A stretch of 64,000 nt of DNA from an uncultured Verrucomicrobiota bacterium (GCA_964611575.1 CAZTAJ010000003.1:15360-79359), one strand, 5' to 3'. Counted from the first letter of the stretch, positions 1 to 12,116 are shown. The notes: a model not told the origin generated them from the letters alone. Translations and numbers: made by a program.

Positions 1-1415
1 CTCAACGCGGAGACTCGTTCCTTCAAGGCGTTCACTTCGGCAACAAGTCCAGCATCCACGCCAATCTCTTGATACGTCTTCAGTCCCTCCTGAAGCGCAC
101 CCACAAAACGGTAGCGTTCTTTGGAGGTGTAAGCGGCGTGGCGAGCCGCTTCGGACGACTGCTCCAGGTCTCTTCGGCGTCGCTGTATCACGGCAAGTTC
201 TTCAGTAAGGGCCTTCAGCTGCTCCGTAACCGCTAGACGTTCACGGTCCATTATGGGAGGCACCTTCGCTAGTTTTGCAGCTTCATGTCCATACCTGCGG
301 GCCGATTCGGCAAGCAGTTGAAGTTCCTGCTTCGCCCGTTCTGATGTCTCTCCGCAAAAAGGGCACGGTCGATCAGGTGCAACTCGCTCCGCCAGCCAGT
401 CGGATAAAGCAAGGCGGTCTGATCTTGTTTGGAGACTCCCCAGGTACTGCCCAATACTGTCTCCCAGAGTCGCCATGCTGGAAAGCCGTGACTGGAGGGT
501 CCCGACCTGATACGAGACGGCAGCTTCCCGATTGTGGAGTTCACGGAGTCGGCGTGCTGTTTCAGTGATGTTGCTCACGGCTGTTGCATTGGATTCTTCA
601 ATCGCCGTAGCCGCAACATCCTTGAGCAGGCGCACCTGCTCTGCCCAGGATCCTGGCAATGGTATGTCCGCATGCAGCAACCCGTATTTGACCGCTTGAT
701 CGAGAAGACTCGCTACCTCGCCACGCCAACGCACCGAAACCGCAGTGACTGTCTTGAGTTCGAGCTCCTTCCTCTTGAGTTCCTTCTCCAACTCGACATG
801 CTGGTGCATGAGAACGAGCGTCTGGGCATTGATAGACCCCAGAGCATAGGGGAATATCTGCTTCAACCGCTGACGGTACTCTGTCTGACCGGTTTTGAAG
901 AACAGAACGTCCGAATTGGCTACGACATTCTGCGGCTGGAAGACGAAGGACACGAGATCGCGGAAACTGGGGCGTGACCCCTTGATGAATCCCTCAGTGC
1001 GTTGCGCCATCGGAAGATCGGTCAATCCCGCGAGTTCGTTCAATGACTGCTTCATGGCATCCGCAGTTGTGTTGCCACTGGCAATCACATCGGGGATAGA
1101 AACGGAAGCGCCACTCTCCACAAACATTTCGCCCGTGGACTCGTGCTGATCCGGGCCTTTCCGTGCAAACAGCCACTCCGCGCCTTCGACCTGCGCAAGC
1201 ACCCCAAACCAACAGCACGCATTCCGAATCGTGTCGACCGGGATAGCGCACTTCGATGCGCCAAGGCAGTAGTCAATGATCGGAATAACGGCCGACTTCC
1301 CGGTTCGGGATTCCCCGGTAATCACGTTGACCGAGTTCTCCCTGAAGGAAACGATTCTGGGGCCGAAGTCCACTTTCTTCGGCCATATGATCACTTTCTT
1401 GATCTGGAATTGCAT
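1..1415 (-). CDS. lmuB: SMC-like ABC ATPase (DUF3732-type), Lamassu LmuB-like; 3' end runs off the window
   Basis: Missing from the ORF track; translated by hand from ATG at 1415: MQFQIKKVIIWPKK...NVITGESRTGKSAVIPIIDYCLG (Walker A), RDLVSFVFQPQN, coiled coils, CPFCG zinc-hook motif. Frame is open to the window edge; start lies 1 bp after the upstream stop. Confidence 0.85.
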   Translation of the reverse strand, partial: MQFQIKKVIIWPKKVDFGPRIVSFRENSVNVITGESRTGKSAVIPIIDYCLGASKCAIPVDTIRNACCWFGVLAQVEGAEWLFARKGPDQHESTGEMFVESGASVSIPDVIASGNTTADAMKQSLNELAGLTDLPMAQRTEGFIKGSRPSFRDLVSFVFQPQNVVANSDVLFFKTGQTEYRQRLKQIFPYALGSINAQTLVLMHQHVELEKELKRKELELKTVTAVSVRWRGEVASLLDQAVKYGLLHADIPLPGSWAEQVRLLKDVAATAIEESNATAVSNITETARRLRELHNREAAVSYQVGTLQSRLSSMATLGDSIGQYLGSLQTRSDRLALSDWLAERVAPDRPCPFCGETSERAKQELQLLAESARRYGHEAAKLAKVPPIMDRERLAVTEQLKALTEELAVIQRRRRDLEQSSEAARHAAYTSKERYRFVGALQEGLKTYQEIGVDAGLVAEVNALKERVSAL

Positions 1416-1416
1416 T

Positions 1417-1992
1417 CTATGGCTCCACCTTAAGGGCCTGAGTTAGTTCTTGCATGGACAACCTGGCGAACCACGCCCCGAGTTTGGTGGCGCCCGCCCC
1501 CAATCTCTCTACGGAGTCAGGCAATGATGGCAGCAGAATGTCGCCGTCAACCCCAACACACCGCTGGCGATCATCGCTGAATGTTAACAGCCTGCACTGC
1601 ACGGCGGCGAAAAGTGCCTTGCACGTGAGTTCTCGGAAGTCCACAACCGCACCGTCCACAGCCAGAAGTGCGTCCGGGCCTGCATCTTCATCGCTCGGAG
1701 ACGATCCGCCGCGTTTCTTCACTTTCTCAGCAGGCTTCTCGACGCGAGCAGCTCGGCGTCCGTCCTTTACCTTTGCAAGCGCCTTGTGCAAACCAGACGC
1801 TACCTGAGTGCTGCAAATGACATCAGCAATGTCCCGATGCAGCATCAACGGGAGTACGTAGAACACCATTGTGGACGGCGACGCTGCCTGCTCCTCGTTG
1901 CCTTCTTGATACCCAATGGCATAACGCCACAAGAGGTAGGCGCAGAGCCCTGGGTTCCGAAGTTCCCGTATTTCATCACCAAATGTGTTCAC
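1417..1992 (-). CDS. lmuC: ABC three-component system middle component (Lamassu LmuC-like)
   Basis: 191 aa with RNPGLCAYLLWRYAIGY...FYVLPLMLH, typical of middle-component proteins. Sits between the nuclease and SMC genes with a GTGA overlap. Confidence 0.75.
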   Translation of the reverse strand: MNTFGDEIRELRNPGLCAYLLWRYAIGYQEGNEEQAASPSTMVFYVLPLMLHRDIADVICSTQVASGLHKALAKVKDGRRAARVEKPAEKVKKRGGSSPSDEDAGPDALLAVDGAVVDFRELTCKALFAAVQCRLLTFSDDRQRCVGVDGDILLPSLPDSVERLGAGATKLGAWFARLSMQELTQALKVEP

Positions 1993-3218
1993 GGTAGTGA
2001 GTCCTTACGCTTTGCGGCCTTTGCCTTTAGGTCATGGTAGCCCGGATGCCACCACACGACCTCCGTATCGGCCATCTCGTGGTAACTGCCTGGCACAAAA
2101 CCCGAAGGCACATCCATATTCTCGATCCGCGTGTGACCATCGGCACAGTCTGTGTAGATGAGCACCCCACGATCTACGTCGCGTAACCCGGCATCAGAAA
2201 TGCGTACTCGCTCTGTGACATTGTCCCACCGCCTCTTCAGCGAAGCCTCGAAATCCTTAAGACCCTTTGCGTGCACTCTTTGCGCTTCAACCCATTTTGA
2301 TCGGGTAACTGAGGCACGGAGCTTATCCTCTATGGCCTGCATCAGCCTGTCGCGGGAGAAGTCGATATACAGAAGCTGTTGCACATACGTGCGGGATTGA
2401 AGTTCTTGGTTCGTCTCCGATTCCGACGGAGAGTAGTCAAACGCCTCCAACACATGGTGCGCACCTACCCGTTGCTGGTACTGCTTCAGTTCCTCTATGA
2501 GTTCGTCACGGCTGATCCGAGCATCCTGATGACCCCCAATGGCGGCGTTGATCTTCTGTCTGATCCAGCTGTCGCCATGGTAGATGAGATCCAGTTCAAT
2601 CGACGAGTGAACCACTTGGTTCTTGGCAAAGTACTCCTTAATTTCTTTGAGGTGATCGCCACTGCCGCATTCGTAGACGAAATGCTGGATCATCTTGGAG
2701 ACAAGGTCGCAATGGTCAGTGAAGGCGCGCGCGAATCTCTTGATGTGCTTGCGGACTGTCTCACCAACTTCCGAGAAGCCGTCCTCTGTGGTGTCAACTC
2801 CACGCAGTTCATCAAGGATTGCTTGCACTGTCGCCTTGCACTCCTCGGGGCTTTGTGCGTCTCTGAGGCGATCCGCAAACGCGCCTTGGCATGGCTTCGC
2901 TATCCACAGAAAGAACGTTGTCTTCTCAGGAGACAGTTGCCCTGAAGACACTGCCTCAGCCCAGTTCGCCAGTGTCTTCCACAGATCCACGCTGCGGTCA
3001 GAAACCGGATTTCCGTCCAGCGATGACTTGTCTTGTTCTGCAAGAACCGTCTTGTCGGGGCGCTCAACACCGACATCATCAAACACTTCCATGCTGACGA
3101 TGCTGCTAGGTGGTGAGGTGAGAAGGCGATAGAAGACACGGTCATACTGCAGCGAATAGCCCAGTGCCTGTCCCGCTGCCGCTGTCTTGGAGATAGGGTC
3201 TATGGATGGTTCAGTCAT
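1989..3218 (-). CDS. lmuA: Lamassu LmuA-like effector: N-terminal Cap4-like PD-(D/E)xK nuclease plus ABC-3C C-terminal domain
   Basis: GYSLQY...EVFDDV...EQDKSS nuclease-like motif; C-terminal GSYHEMAD...WWHPGY; first gene of the lmuA-C-B order. Confidence 0.75.
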   Translation of the reverse strand: MTEPSIDPISKTAAAGQALGYSLQYDRVFYRLLTSPPSSIVSMEVFDDVGVERPDKTVLAEQDKSSLDGNPVSDRSVDLWKTLANWAEAVSSGQLSPEKTTFFLWIAKPCQGAFADRLRDAQSPEECKATVQAILDELRGVDTTEDGFSEVGETVRKHIKRFARAFTDHCDLVSKMIQHFVYECGSGDHLKEIKEYFAKNQVVHSSIELDLIYHGDSWIRQKINAAIGGHQDARISRDELIEELKQYQQRVGAHHVLEAFDYSPSESETNQELQSRTYVQQLLYIDFSRDRLMQAIEDKLRASVTRSKWVEAQRVHAKGLKDFEASLKRRWDNVTERVRISDAGLRDVDRGVLIYTDCADGHTRIENMDVPSGFVPGSYHEMADTEVVWWHPGYHDLKAKAAKRKDSLP

Positions 3219-6200
3219 CCGTCTAAGCCTTTCTCCTGGGACTTCACTTGTGCGCCGAACACCGCCCAGGCCCTTCGGTAGTCTTCCTCGCGATCCACCT
3301 TGGTGAAGGGGGGATAGAAGGCCTTGGTCACGATCTGGAGGCCGTTGTCGATCGGCCAGGAGACCTCAAACGGGGCGTCGGGTGAGACTTTGCCGCTGGT
3401 GATGGCTTCCTGGCGCTGTTGCCAGGCGTCGCGGAATTCGGTGCCCCCGTCGTCTTTTCGGGCGGTATTGGGGATGTGGCGTCCGCGGGTGTCGTATTCG
3501 TCCACCCTTTCGTACTGGCGCATGACGGGGAACTGGATTCGGTAGATGTCGAGCAGTTCGTCCAAGGTCAGGCCGATGGCGAGAGCAACGAGCACGTCAA
3601 TCTCTAGCAGCGCCTGTCGGCGGGCGAAGTCGCTTCGGAGCGGAGTCTTCCAGTCCCATTGCTTCGGGTTGAGGGCAGTCCATGGATGTTCGAACTCGTG
3701 GCACAAGCGCGCATCAGCCGTGGTCCAACGTTCCGCTTGCATCGACTCGTCAGCAACAGCCGTCCACAGATCAGCGTAGGCGCGGGTGAGGCAGGAAAGG
3801 CGGAGAGCGCGATGACTTGCCCTGGCGGCATGCGGGCCTCCCAGCAGGGGAAGCATGGATGCGACATCGTGACGGCAATGCGTCTTTCCACCAGCCTTTG
3901 CCCAGAAATCCAGTACGAGTGAGAACGTCCCCGCAGCAAACTGGCAAAGCAAACGAACATCACTGAAGGTTACACTGAATGCTGCGTCAATATGGGAGCA
4001 ACCTGGAGGAAGAATCGCGGAGGTGAGCGTCCTTTCGGCAGCAGCACCTACTCGTGTTCGGTTCACGTATCGGGGATAGCTGGTTATCGGTCTTGGTAGC
4101 GCAGCAAGATCCACGTCTACCTTCTTCGTTTGACGCGTCGAGAAAGTGGACACTGCGCGACGTATCTCCGCCAGGTCTCTGACATCCGGATGCCCTCGCA
4201 TCCATGCAACGACTGATGGGATGTCCCCATCGGCTTCGGCAACGCACACGAATCTCCGGGCGGTGCGAGATCCGGGTTTGGCAGGCTCAATTCCGTAGAC
4301 GTGGGCTGGCTCGCGAAAGAGGATGATCCAGATCTCCACGTCCATCTCGTCCGCAACAGGCCAAAAACCGGGCAATGACGGTTTGGGCCACTCGTCGATA
4401 GCGTTGTAGAAGTCTCTGCAATCGTCCCTGTCATTGCCGGGACGGTAGCAGGAACGCGGCAGGTAATGATCTGGGATGACCGTGAGGTCAATGTCGTCGT
4501 AGTGAGAGTTCTCCGTGCACCGGGTTCTAGCCGTCTTGTTGAAGGGGGTGCCGACGAAGAAATGGGGGCCGGTGACAATCCAGTCGTCAACTGAGCTTGG
4601 CGTCAGACATGGTTGATCTTGACGAGTGATGATGCCGTCATCTTTGGCCGTCTTCTCATTGAACATTTGCGTTGAAAAGTACTGTTTGTCGAGGGTTCCT
4701 AATCGCCTCTCCGTTTTGCCCAATTTGTCGATTACCTGAATCAACGTCTGCGCGTGAACCTGAGGCATGCGGGACTGAAGTGGCGGTGTCCCAATCTCTT
4801 CCAGCAAGGATGTGAATTGTTCAAGTTCCTTGCTTGTGACGCGCACAACACGTTTGCAGTGGGGCCGGATGTTCCATTCGCCAGCATCGGTCTTGATCCC
4901 GGGGACCACTTCGGTTGCGTTCGTATGACTGAGACTCTGCGAAATCGTTTGGGGCAAGAAGAGGTTCGACATGTGTCGAAAGTCTACGATTGTGGCAGGT
5001 GGACCATAGAGGTTGATGCTGAACTTTAGGCGGCCATGGTCATTCGTGCCGACAAACAAGGTGAATTCGTTCTCAAATTGGTAGTGTGCGCGGAGACGGG
5101 GGTACATCTCTGCCCGTAGTTGTCCCCCTTTAGCATCATCATAAGGGCCCTCGGGATGGAGCAACCCGGCAATGCCATGTTCGTTGAGAATTGCCCAAGA
5201 ACGGACGATGAAATTCTTGAAGAGATTGGGCCGGATGCCGAGAAGGATCGGGTAGTTCACCTCATCGGCGAGGAAGGAGGAAGATCCTTGCGAGGCCACA
5301 TATGCCTCGCCGTAAGAGGCGCGAGCTTCCGGGTCCTGCAGAAGAGCGACGCGTTTCCTGGCAAGCTCGGTTGCACCGACATCCTTGACGCCGAGAAGGG
5401 GATCGATGTCGTACATCTTGGCGTCTTCAATCCAATCCGCCAAGATCCACGGCGGGTTGCCAACGATGAGATCAAAGCCGACATGCCTAGGTGACGGTCC
5501 AAGGATCTCTGCAAAAGCGAGATCCCAGTGGTGAAAGTTCTGCTCCCCGGCGATCGCGTGAGAAACACCGAGCGGCGCGAAAATATCGGCGAGTTGTTCG
5601 GCATCGGGAATTCGGCCGCCGGCCACCTTGATTAGAGCATCAACGTCAAATCCCAGGTGAATGCTCATCATGGCGCTGATACTCGGCAGGAGAGCCTGTT
5701 TCTCCAGGAGGAGTTCGGCAGCGCAGAGGAACGCCCGGCGTCCGGGCAGGTCGCCCATCCGCTCCAGCGGCCAGAACCACAAGGCACACCAGAGGTCCAT
5801 GATGCATTTGATTCGCTGAAAACTGCCGCTCTTGGATTCCAGTTCGGCTTTGATGCGTTCGCGGTAGGCCAAACCGCTTTCGCGGTCCTCCTGATGAGCC
5901 ACCGCGCGCTCGCCAAAGGCTATTTCGCCTTGCACGGTCTTCTCAAAGAAATCGGTCTTTTCGAATCGCACATTCGCGGGACTCTCAGCTCGGCGTCTCT
6001 GCGACTCCGCGAGGGCCTCTTCGATTACAGGCGGATTCGGCCAGACGGAGGCGGGCACGGCGGTTTTCTCCAGGGCATCGAGGCGGCGGGCGGTGTATTG
6101 GTCCCAGTGGTCATCCAGTAACTCGCTGACGCGCAACGCAATCGTCGCGTCCTCGTTCGTCCATTTCGCCTGAGCTTCCTTCTTCAACCATTCGCTGGCC

Positions 6201-8491
6201 TTCTTACACTCGGCCGGCCAGAAGCCGCGCATGATCTTGTCCCCGGCAGCGGGCACCATGGCGTCGTTGAACACAAGGAAATGGTAGATCTCATTCTTCT
6301 TCCGGCCTTCGCCAGGCTTGAGTGGGCGCGGAGGTACAGCCTCTGCGCCACGATGCTTCCCCTCCATGACCTGTTTGGTCGTCCAGACCGCTCGGCGAGC
6401 GCCGATCAGGCTGTTACCGGGGCGGAGGCGAAGCCCGAACCAGGGTGTAGCACATGGAACCGAGGATTGAGACGCGGAAGAGGCGCCAACGGTGAGTTGG
6501 TGGACGGAGCCAAGCCAGAGCGTCAGGGAGCCGAGTTCGACAGCGGTGGCGTTCAGGTCCACGCCGTACACGTTACGGGTGGTTATGAAGTGCTTCACGC
6601 GCCGCAGTTCTTCCTGGTAGCGCCCCGGGGCAATCCTGACTCCGGTCTGGTCCTGCTTGAGAGCCAGGTAGCGCGCTGCCAATTGGTTGGCCACTTCCTC
6701 CAGGAAGGAAGCACTCCCCATTGCGGGCTCGCACACCTTCAGATCGAGAACCTTGTCGGCATCGGCTGGTGTGAAGTCTTTCAGCAGTTCGCGCAGGGCT
6801 TCCTCCACCAGGCAGCGGGTCAGCACTTCCGGCGTGTAGTACGATGCGCTCTGCTGGCGATCGATCGCCGACAGATACAGAATGAAGCTGCCTTGCGGAT
6901 AGATGCGGGGCTTGCCGTTCGCCAAGCGCTCGACCTCGTCCCTATGGAACTCCTCTTGGCGGGCGAGCGACACAAACCACGATTGGGTCTTGCTGTCGCT
7001 CAGGTCTTTGCCCTTGGGCTTGACCTGGATCATGTCTTCCGGCGCGAACACGCCCTTGTAGGACAGCAACCCCTCGTAGACCGAGCCCAGTTGGTTGATC
7101 CCGAGTTCAGCGTAGTTGACGCGCCCGATAGTCTTGGCTTTCTCGCTGACGCTCAGCGACAGTTTCTTGATGACCTGCTGCAGGCACTGATTGCGGAGGT
7201 CGGCCTTGTCGAGCAGAGGCGTGCTGGCAGGATCGAACAGGGTCGCGGTCAGGGGACGGACGGTGAACGTCTGCGTGAGTCCGGCATCGGCAAACGCCAG
7301 TTCACCTTCACCGGCGGTATCGGGATGAAAACCCTGGTGGATGATTGCGAACAACTTTCGCAGGTGCTGCTGGAAGTAGGTCCCGTCCTCAGTGGCTGGG
7401 GTCAGGGGCACCTGTTCGAGATCCCGAAGCGACTCAAGGCTGTACCCGAGGCGGTAGGCATCGTCATTGATGGGCAGGATGCCGAGTTCCGCCCCCCGCG
7501 CCTCAGCATAGAAACAGAAGATGAGCCGGTACACGTATACGAGCGACTCATGTTTCAGGTCCTGGGCAGAGACCGTTCGCTTGCCTGTTCCCGAGAAAGG
7601 ATCTTCTACCTCCTTGTACGACAGGTGCTTTCTGCGTCGGTCGTCAACCCATTCGTTGGCCAGGAGCTCGATAGCTTCATGCACCGCCAGTTGAAGCGCC
7701 TCGGTGACACCGTGGGCGAACTTGTGTGACTGCTCTTCCAGTTTGTCGTGAAGTACCTTGTCGGACTCACCGCCAGGACAAAGCGTTTCAGAGGAAAGAA
7801 AGGCGGCCATGCAGTCAAACGTATCCCGTTCCTTGCGCCCAAAAGCATCGTCGAGGTCAAAAGCAAGGTAACGGCCTTGTGCGTAGGTGGTGCGGTCCAG
7901 AAGCACGATAGCACTGCCGGCGAGAAGCATCATCCAACGCGGCGCATCCTCCTCGGTGAAAAGTCGGCTGGCCAGGCGTGTCCAGTCGCCTGAACAGAGC
8001 TTCACCTGGTGTTCGTCTTCGGTCAATTGGTCGGCAAACGGAACCGTCTCCAGCGGATCTTCGCTGGCCATGCCTTCCTTGAGGCTTGCCTCTGGCCAGC
8101 AGAAAGCGGTTTCGCAGATGGCCAGCCACGGCTTGTTGTAGCGGCGCACGCAGTCGACCGTCGGAACAAAAGACTGCCCACCTTCCACAGGGACGTCTTG
8201 ACGCGCCAGACCAGTGTAGCCCAGCGCCCCCAGGAGCAGGTTGTGCCACTTGGACAGGTCCTCGTACTCGGCGCGGTTTTGCCAGCGTCGTTCGGGGTTG
8301 TCCTCCTCCAATGCCTGGCCTTTGGCTCGGAAATACGGTTCTGCGAGGGCCTGCAGCCTGCGAGGCGGCGCCTCAGACCCTCGCTCCTTCCACTTGGCCG
8401 TAAGCTCGCGGATGTCCTTCGCGAAGGTGGTATCGAGGTAGTGGGCGGAGTAATACTCGCCGACGTTGCTTATGGCAGTGTCCAGCGGCAT
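3215..8491 (-). CDS. Large N6-adenine DNA methyltransferase (type IIG / DrmMI-like), 1758 aa
   Basis: [14 protein letters not shown], motif [17 protein letters not shown], motif IV IVGNPPW; long C-terminal TRD-like region. Confidence 0.9.
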   Translation of the reverse strand: MPLDTAISNVGEYYSAHYLDTTFAKDIRELTAKWKERGSEAPPRRLQALAEPYFRAKGQALEEDNPERRWQNRAEYEDLSKWHNLLLGALGYTGLARQDVPVEGGQSFVPTVDCVRRYNKPWLAICETAFCWPEASLKEGMASEDPLETVPFADQLTEDEHQVKLCSGDWTRLASRLFTEEDAPRWMMLLAGSAIVLLDRTTYAQGRYLAFDLDDAFGRKERDTFDCMAAFLSSETLCPGGESDKVLHDKLEEQSHKFAHGVTEALQLAVHEAIELLANEWVDDRRRKHLSYKEVEDPFSGTGKRTVSAQDLKHESLVYVYRLIFCFYAEARGAELGILPINDDAYRLGYSLESLRDLEQVPLTPATEDGTYFQQHLRKLFAIIHQGFHPDTAGEGELAFADAGLTQTFTVRPLTATLFDPASTPLLDKADLRNQCLQQVIKKLSLSVSEKAKTIGRVNYAELGINQLGSVYEGLLSYKGVFAPEDMIQVKPKGKDLSDSKTQSWFVSLARQEEFHRDEVERLANGKPRIYPQGSFILYLSAIDRQQSASYYTPEVLTRCLVEEALRELLKDFTPADADKVLDLKVCEPAMGSASFLEEVANQLAARYLALKQDQTGVRIAPGRYQEELRRVKHFITTRNVYGVDLNATAVELGSLTLWLGSVHQLTVGASSASQSSVPCATPWFGLRLRPGNSLIGARRAVWTTKQVMEGKHRGAEAVPPRPLKPGEGRKKNEIYHFLVFNDAMVPAAGDKIMRGFWPAECKKASEWLKKEAQAKWTNEDATIALRVSELLDDHWDQYTARRLDALEKTAVPASVWPNPPVIEEALAESQRRRAESPANVRFEKTDFFEKTVQGEIAFGERAVAHQEDRESGLAYRERIKAELESKSGSFQRIKCIMDLWCALWFWPLERMGDLPGRRAFLCAAELLLEKQALLPSISAMMSIHLGFDVDALIKVAGGRIPDAEQLADIFAPLGVSHAIAGEQNFHHWDLAFAEILGPSPRHVGFDLIVGNPPWILADWIEDAKMYDIDPLLGVKDVGATELARKRVALLQDPEARASYGEAYVASQGSSSFLADEVNYPILLGIRPNLFKNFIVRSWAILNEHGIAGLLHPEGPYDDAKGGQLRAEMYPRLRAHYQFENEFTLFVGTNDHGRLKFSINLYGPPATIVDFRHMSNLFLPQTISQSLSHTNATEVVPGIKTDAGEWNIRPHCKRVVRVTSKELEQFTSLLEEIGTPPLQSRMPQVHAQTLIQVIDKLGKTERRLGTLDKQYFSTQMFNEKTAKDDGIITRQDQPCLTPSSVDDWIVTGPHFFVGTPFNKTARTRCTENSHYDDIDLTVIPDHYLPRSCYRPGNDRDDCRDFYNAIDEWPKPSLPGFWPVADEMDVEIWIILFREPAHVYGIEPAKPGSRTARRFVCVAEADGDIPSVVAWMRGHPDVRDLAEIRRAVSTFSTRQTKKVDVDLAALPRPITSYPRYVNRTRVGAAAERTLTSAILPPGCSHIDAAFSVTFSDVRLLCQFAAGTFSLVLDFWAKAGGKTHCRHDVASMLPLLGGPHAARASHRALRLSCLTRAYADLWTAVADESMQAERWTTADARLCHEFEHPWTALNPKQWDWKTPLRSDFARRQALLEIDVLVALAIGLTLDELLDIYRIQFPVMRQYERVDEYDTRGRHIPNTARKDDGGTEFRDAWQQRQEAITSGKVSPDAPFEVSWPIDNGLQIVTKAFYPPFTKVDREEDYRRAWAVFGAQVKSQEKGLDG

Positions 8492-11475
8492 TACCTTCCT
8501 CCTCCTTCAATCACCAACACAAGCCGCGTTGTCGGCTGGGCGGTCGCATCGAAGTAGGTTCGCTGCCAGTTGTCCTCCCGGTCCTTGGCGTAGGCGTTGA
8601 TCTCCTCGATCTCTCGCCGCCAGCGCTTGGACGCTGCATCGCCATCGGCAATCAGCTTCTCCAGGAGTTCCACCCGCCGCTTCTTCCAGTTGCGCAAACG
8701 CCGGGTTTCCTTTCTCAGGAGGGGCGCCATCTTTGCGTCGCGGTCGTGCTTCACCTGGCGCATGTGCTCCAGACTGGCATCTACCGCAGCCGCGATGAGT
8801 GGTTCGGCCGCACCGGACGACTGGAACTCGCCTTTGTTGATGAGGCTCTTGAACTGGGCCGCATCGAGCGCCTCGGCAAGTGACCTGTGCTTGAATACAC
8901 CCCCCTTTTCAAAGGATATGGCGTGGGCGTCCACCACGAGCGGTGTGCCGGACTTGCTGGACACCTGCCCGATGAAGCAGAAGCAGAGTTCACCGGGATT
9001 CAGGCCTTTTGAGAGAATGTGTGGCGCTTGGCCGCGCTTCATGACCATGACCAGACGTTCGGCAACCCATTGCAGCACGGGATTCTGGTCAAGAATCATG
9101 TGCACTTTGGCCCAGTGGCCGGCCGTATTCCGGGCGGCTTGGATGGCTAGGTTGGCATGATCGATGTTGTCGGTGAACTGGAACTGGTCGTGCTCAGGCC
9201 ATGCCTCGGACGGGATCGCTGTGGCCCCAAAAACGACATCGTCACGCATGTTTGGCGATCCGAGTCTACGGCTCAGGTCACCGGGAGCATCGACGGTGAC
9301 CATGTGTCCATCCTCCCGGATGGGGCGGTAGTCGTGGTTCAGTTCGGCCAGGTAGCGGTATCCCTCGACAAGGAAATCCCTATCCTTGTACAAGCGAAGC
9401 CGTGACGTGCACTGCTCAGGCGCTCGCACGGTTTCATCCATGCTGGGTGCTGCAGGCCCTTCGCCCAAGAGGAATTTCAGATAATCTCCTTCACCTTCCT
9501 TAGTCGCCGACCGCAACACCTCCTCGAGAGCACTGGCCTCAGCGGACTGGGTAACGGTCGCCGCGCTTTCCAGCACGGCAGTGTTGCCAGCAAGAATCCC
9601 TTTCTCCGCGATGTACCGTTCCTCCGCCTCGGGGTCATAAAGCTTGAGGACACTCTCACCTGATCGTGTGGAACGGTTGATCTCCTCCACCTTGGTGATG
9701 AGACGGTCGAAAATGTCCCGATCTCCGGCGAGTTGTTCCTGCCGCGAGTTCACCATGAGGTAGCGCAGGCAGGGGGTGTTGCGCTGTCCGAAGCGGTCGA
9801 TACGTCCATTCCGCTGGATTAGCGTGATGATGGACCAGGGCAGATCGAAGTGGATGATGTTATGGCACTCGTGGTGAAGGTTGATTCCCTCAGAGGCAAC
9901 ATCCGTTGCCACGAGCATTCGCATGGGTGAACTGCCCGTGCCGAAAGACTCGACCGTCTTCATGAGGTGGATGTCCGGGACTCCACCGTGAATAACGCCG
10001 ATCGCCTGGTCCGGCTGTTGATCGAAGCTCTTGGAGTGCTTGATGTTGAAGTCCCTTACCAGCGCCGCTACCAAGGCTTCCTGGGTCTGGCGGTACTCGG
10101 TGAAGATCAACACTCGCGGGCTCTTCTTGCCGCCATCCCACCCGAGTTCCTTCAATTGCTTCTTCAGTAGCTTGTACCTTGTCGAGGCACCGATGGACTG
10201 TCCCTTCAAGGCGTCTTGCAGATCTCTCAGGTACGGGCTCTCGTTGCTCTGAGGATCATGCTTCTCAAGGTGCTCCTCGCGTTTGCTTGCCGTTGATGCA
10301 CAAGCCTCGGGACTCGAAAGGAAGAGCTTGTAGAGGCCATACTGGATGAGGGTGTCAATGCGTTCACCGCTGATGCCGAGGTTCTTGTTGTGCTGACGCA
10401 TTCGGGCGAAGACATCGAGGACCCTCTCTTCGGCCTCCGATGCTGACTCAGAAGTGGCGTTGAGCGGCACTACATGACGGTCCTTGAAGTTCTCGCCCGC
10501 CTCTTCACGGACATCTTCCTTGAAACGCATCAGGAAGAAGTCCTTGATGTCCTCCGGCTCGTACTCCCTGAATCTGGGGTCAGGGATGGCAGAGGGGTCC
10601 AGGAGGCTGATTAACCTGCCGAATGTCTCACGCTGGCCGTTGTGAGGAGTGGCCGTCGTGAGCAACAGACTATCCGTGCGCCTGGCCAGGAGTCTCGCAA
10701 GTCGGTGGCTGAGGTGTCGTTCCGGGACGCTGGCGCCGGCCACGTTATGGGCCTCATCAATCACCACAACATCCCATCGTGTCTCTTCCAGGAAATGCCG
10801 GTAACGGCCAACATCCTTCAGGGTGTCGATGCTGATGATGATGCGGTGGTAGATCTCAAAGGGGTTCTTATTCGCGGGAATACGCAACCTCAGACGGGCG
10901 ATGCCCAGGGAGTCCAGTCGAACAAGGGGAATTCCGAAGCGATTCCACAACTCCGACTGGAACTGAGTCAGCATGGACTTCTTGGCGAGGACGAGGATCC
11001 GGTTTGCCCGCCCTCGTCTCATGAGTTCCGTGATAATCATTCCGACTTCGATGGTCTTGCCCAGTCCCACAGCATCAGCCAGAAGGAGCCGGGGCCGAAG
11101 CTGCAGCAGCGCGCGATGGACTGCCTGGCGCTGGTACTCCATGGGCTCGAAGACCCCCATGCGATCGAGGTCCGGGGCGATTCCCGTGACAGGCATTTGA
11201 CGAAGTTGTGCCTCCAGGAACAGCCTTGCCATGCGGTAGCCGCTGGAACCGTCGGGGACGAGTGCCGTGTTGCGAGGATCCACCGGCTCGATGACATCCA
11301 GTTGTTCGAGGAATATCCGTTCCTGTCCGCGTACGAGATCGTCGGCCCCCACGCAGTGGATGGCGTTGTGCCTTCCCGACTTGTCGGCAGGAGACACGCG
11401 GGTGACCAGCCACTCCGCGTCTCGGCAAAGCACGCGCATCCCAGCGGCGAACGATGTATTCGTGCTAGACGGCAC
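8491..11475 (-). CDS. SNF2-family helicase/ATPase (DrmD-like), 994 aa
   Basis: [10 protein letters not shown] (Walker A), [24 protein letters not shown]; TAATG overlap with the methyltransferase start. Confidence 0.9.
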   Translation of the reverse strand: MPSSTNTSFAAGMRVLCRDAEWLVTRVSPADKSGRHNAIHCVGADDLVRGQERIFLEQLDVIEPVDPRNTALVPDGSSGYRMARLFLEAQLRQMPVTGIAPDLDRMGVFEPMEYQRQAVHRALLQLRPRLLLADAVGLGKTIEVGMIITELMRRGRANRILVLAKKSMLTQFQSELWNRFGIPLVRLDSLGIARLRLRIPANKNPFEIYHRIIISIDTLKDVGRYRHFLEETRWDVVVIDEAHNVAGASVPERHLSHRLARLLARRTDSLLLTTATPHNGQRETFGRLISLLDPSAIPDPRFREYEPEDIKDFFLMRFKEDVREEAGENFKDRHVVPLNATSESASEAEERVLDVFARMRQHNKNLGISGERIDTLIQYGLYKLFLSSPEACASTASKREEHLEKHDPQSNESPYLRDLQDALKGQSIGASTRYKLLKKQLKELGWDGGKKSPRVLIFTEYRQTQEALVAALVRDFNIKHSKSFDQQPDQAIGVIHGGVPDIHLMKTVESFGTGSSPMRMLVATDVASEGINLHHECHNIIHFDLPWSIITLIQRNGRIDRFGQRNTPCLRYLMVNSRQEQLAGDRDIFDRLITKVEEINRSTRSGESVLKLYDPEAEERYIAEKGILAGNTAVLESAATVTQSAEASALEEVLRSATKEGEGDYLKFLLGEGPAAPSMDETVRAPEQCTSRLRLYKDRDFLVEGYRYLAELNHDYRPIREDGHMVTVDAPGDLSRRLGSPNMRDDVVFGATAIPSEAWPEHDQFQFTDNIDHANLAIQAARNTAGHWAKVHMILDQNPVLQWVAERLVMVMKRGQAPHILSKGLNPGELCFCFIGQVSSKSGTPLVVDAHAISFEKGGVFKHRSLAEALDAAQFKSLINKGEFQSSGAAEPLIAAAVDASLEHMRQVKHDRDAKMAPLLRKETRRLRNWKKRRVELLEKLIADGDAASKRWRREIEEINAYAKDREDNWQRTYFDATAQPTTRLVLVIEGGGR

Positions 11476-11476
11476 C

Positions 11477-11875
11477 CTAACAGTCCTCCGGATTGATGCA
11501 CAGATCGTCCCGTCCTGCCACGCGCAGGCAGGCGTTGATCACTTCGGCGTCATCGTCAAAGCCGATAGGCGACTTGTGGTCATCCTCTTCCTTGTTGGCG
11601 GACGAAAAGTACATAATCATGCCTTTGCACCAACAACGCGCGAACGGGGGAACAGACTCCCATTCCTTCACCACGGTCTCGATACGCCCGAGAAGCGCCT
11701 CGGCCAGTGCCAGGTCCAGGAGAGGATACCTTTTGTAGGCTGTCTGAGTCTGGACAACATGCTCACGCGCCTGTGCGAGCAGGGCTTCCACAGGCAGTGC
11801 CTCCGCCCGTGCAACGCACTCGTCCAAGTCCCTCATCTCGGTGGGCGACAGCCCCTCAGGCAGGAAACTCGACAT
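11477..11875 (-). CDS. Hypothetical 132-aa protein with a YkvA/DUF1232-like acidic motif
   Basis: Likely start MSSFLPEG (ATG at 11875, GAGG upstream). Motif YF...EEDDHKSPIGFDDDAEV resembles the G-x-x-DD motif of DUF1232. Stop lies 1 bp before the SNF2 start. Confidence 0.6.
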   Translation of the reverse strand: MSSFLPEGLSPTEMRDLDECVARAEALPVEALLAQAREHVVQTQTAYKRYPLLDLALAEALLGRIETVVKEWESVPPFARCWCKGMIMYFSSANKEEDDHKSPIGFDDDAEVINACLRVAGRDDLCINPEDC

Positions 11876-11879
11876 CGCC

Positions 11880-12071
11880 TCACCCTTCCTCGTCCCTGGC
11901 GCGGCCTGACTTGACCCAGTCGTTGACCTCCGCGACATCGAACTTCCAGAGCCGACCGACCTTGTGCGCCGGCATTTCGCGCATGCGGATCCACCGATGC
12001 ACGGTATCCTTGCTCACGCCGAGATGCGCGGCGATCTCCTCCAATGAGTACCATCGCTCAGGCCCAGACAT
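11880..12071 (-). CDS. Excisionase-like helix-turn-helix (HTH_17/MerR-like) DNA-binding protein
   Basis: 63 aa, WYSLEEIAAHLGVSKDTVHRWI...PAHKVGRLWKF; GGAGG RBS upstream. Confidence 0.85.
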   Translation of the reverse strand: MSGPERWYSLEEIAAHLGVSKDTVHRWIRMREMPAHKVGRLWKFDVAEVNDWVKSGRARDEEG

Positions 12072-12116
12072 GGTCTCGACCTCCCATCCTATGCAACATG
12101 CTTTACGCGCTTATAC

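Noticed and set aside
269-1433. Short ORFs in the track (e.g. 534-977 +, 1143-1433 +)
   Set aside because: They overlap the continuous minus-strand LmuB frame, which has Walker A and zinc-hook motifs; they are shadow ORFs.
6281-7729. 482-aa plus-strand ORF
   Set aside because: Antisense to the methyltransferase, with no recognisable motifs.
3215-11475. Calling a full DISARM or BREX system
   Set aside because: No drmA/B/C, pglZ or brxC was seen in the window; only the SNF2 plus MTase pair is present.
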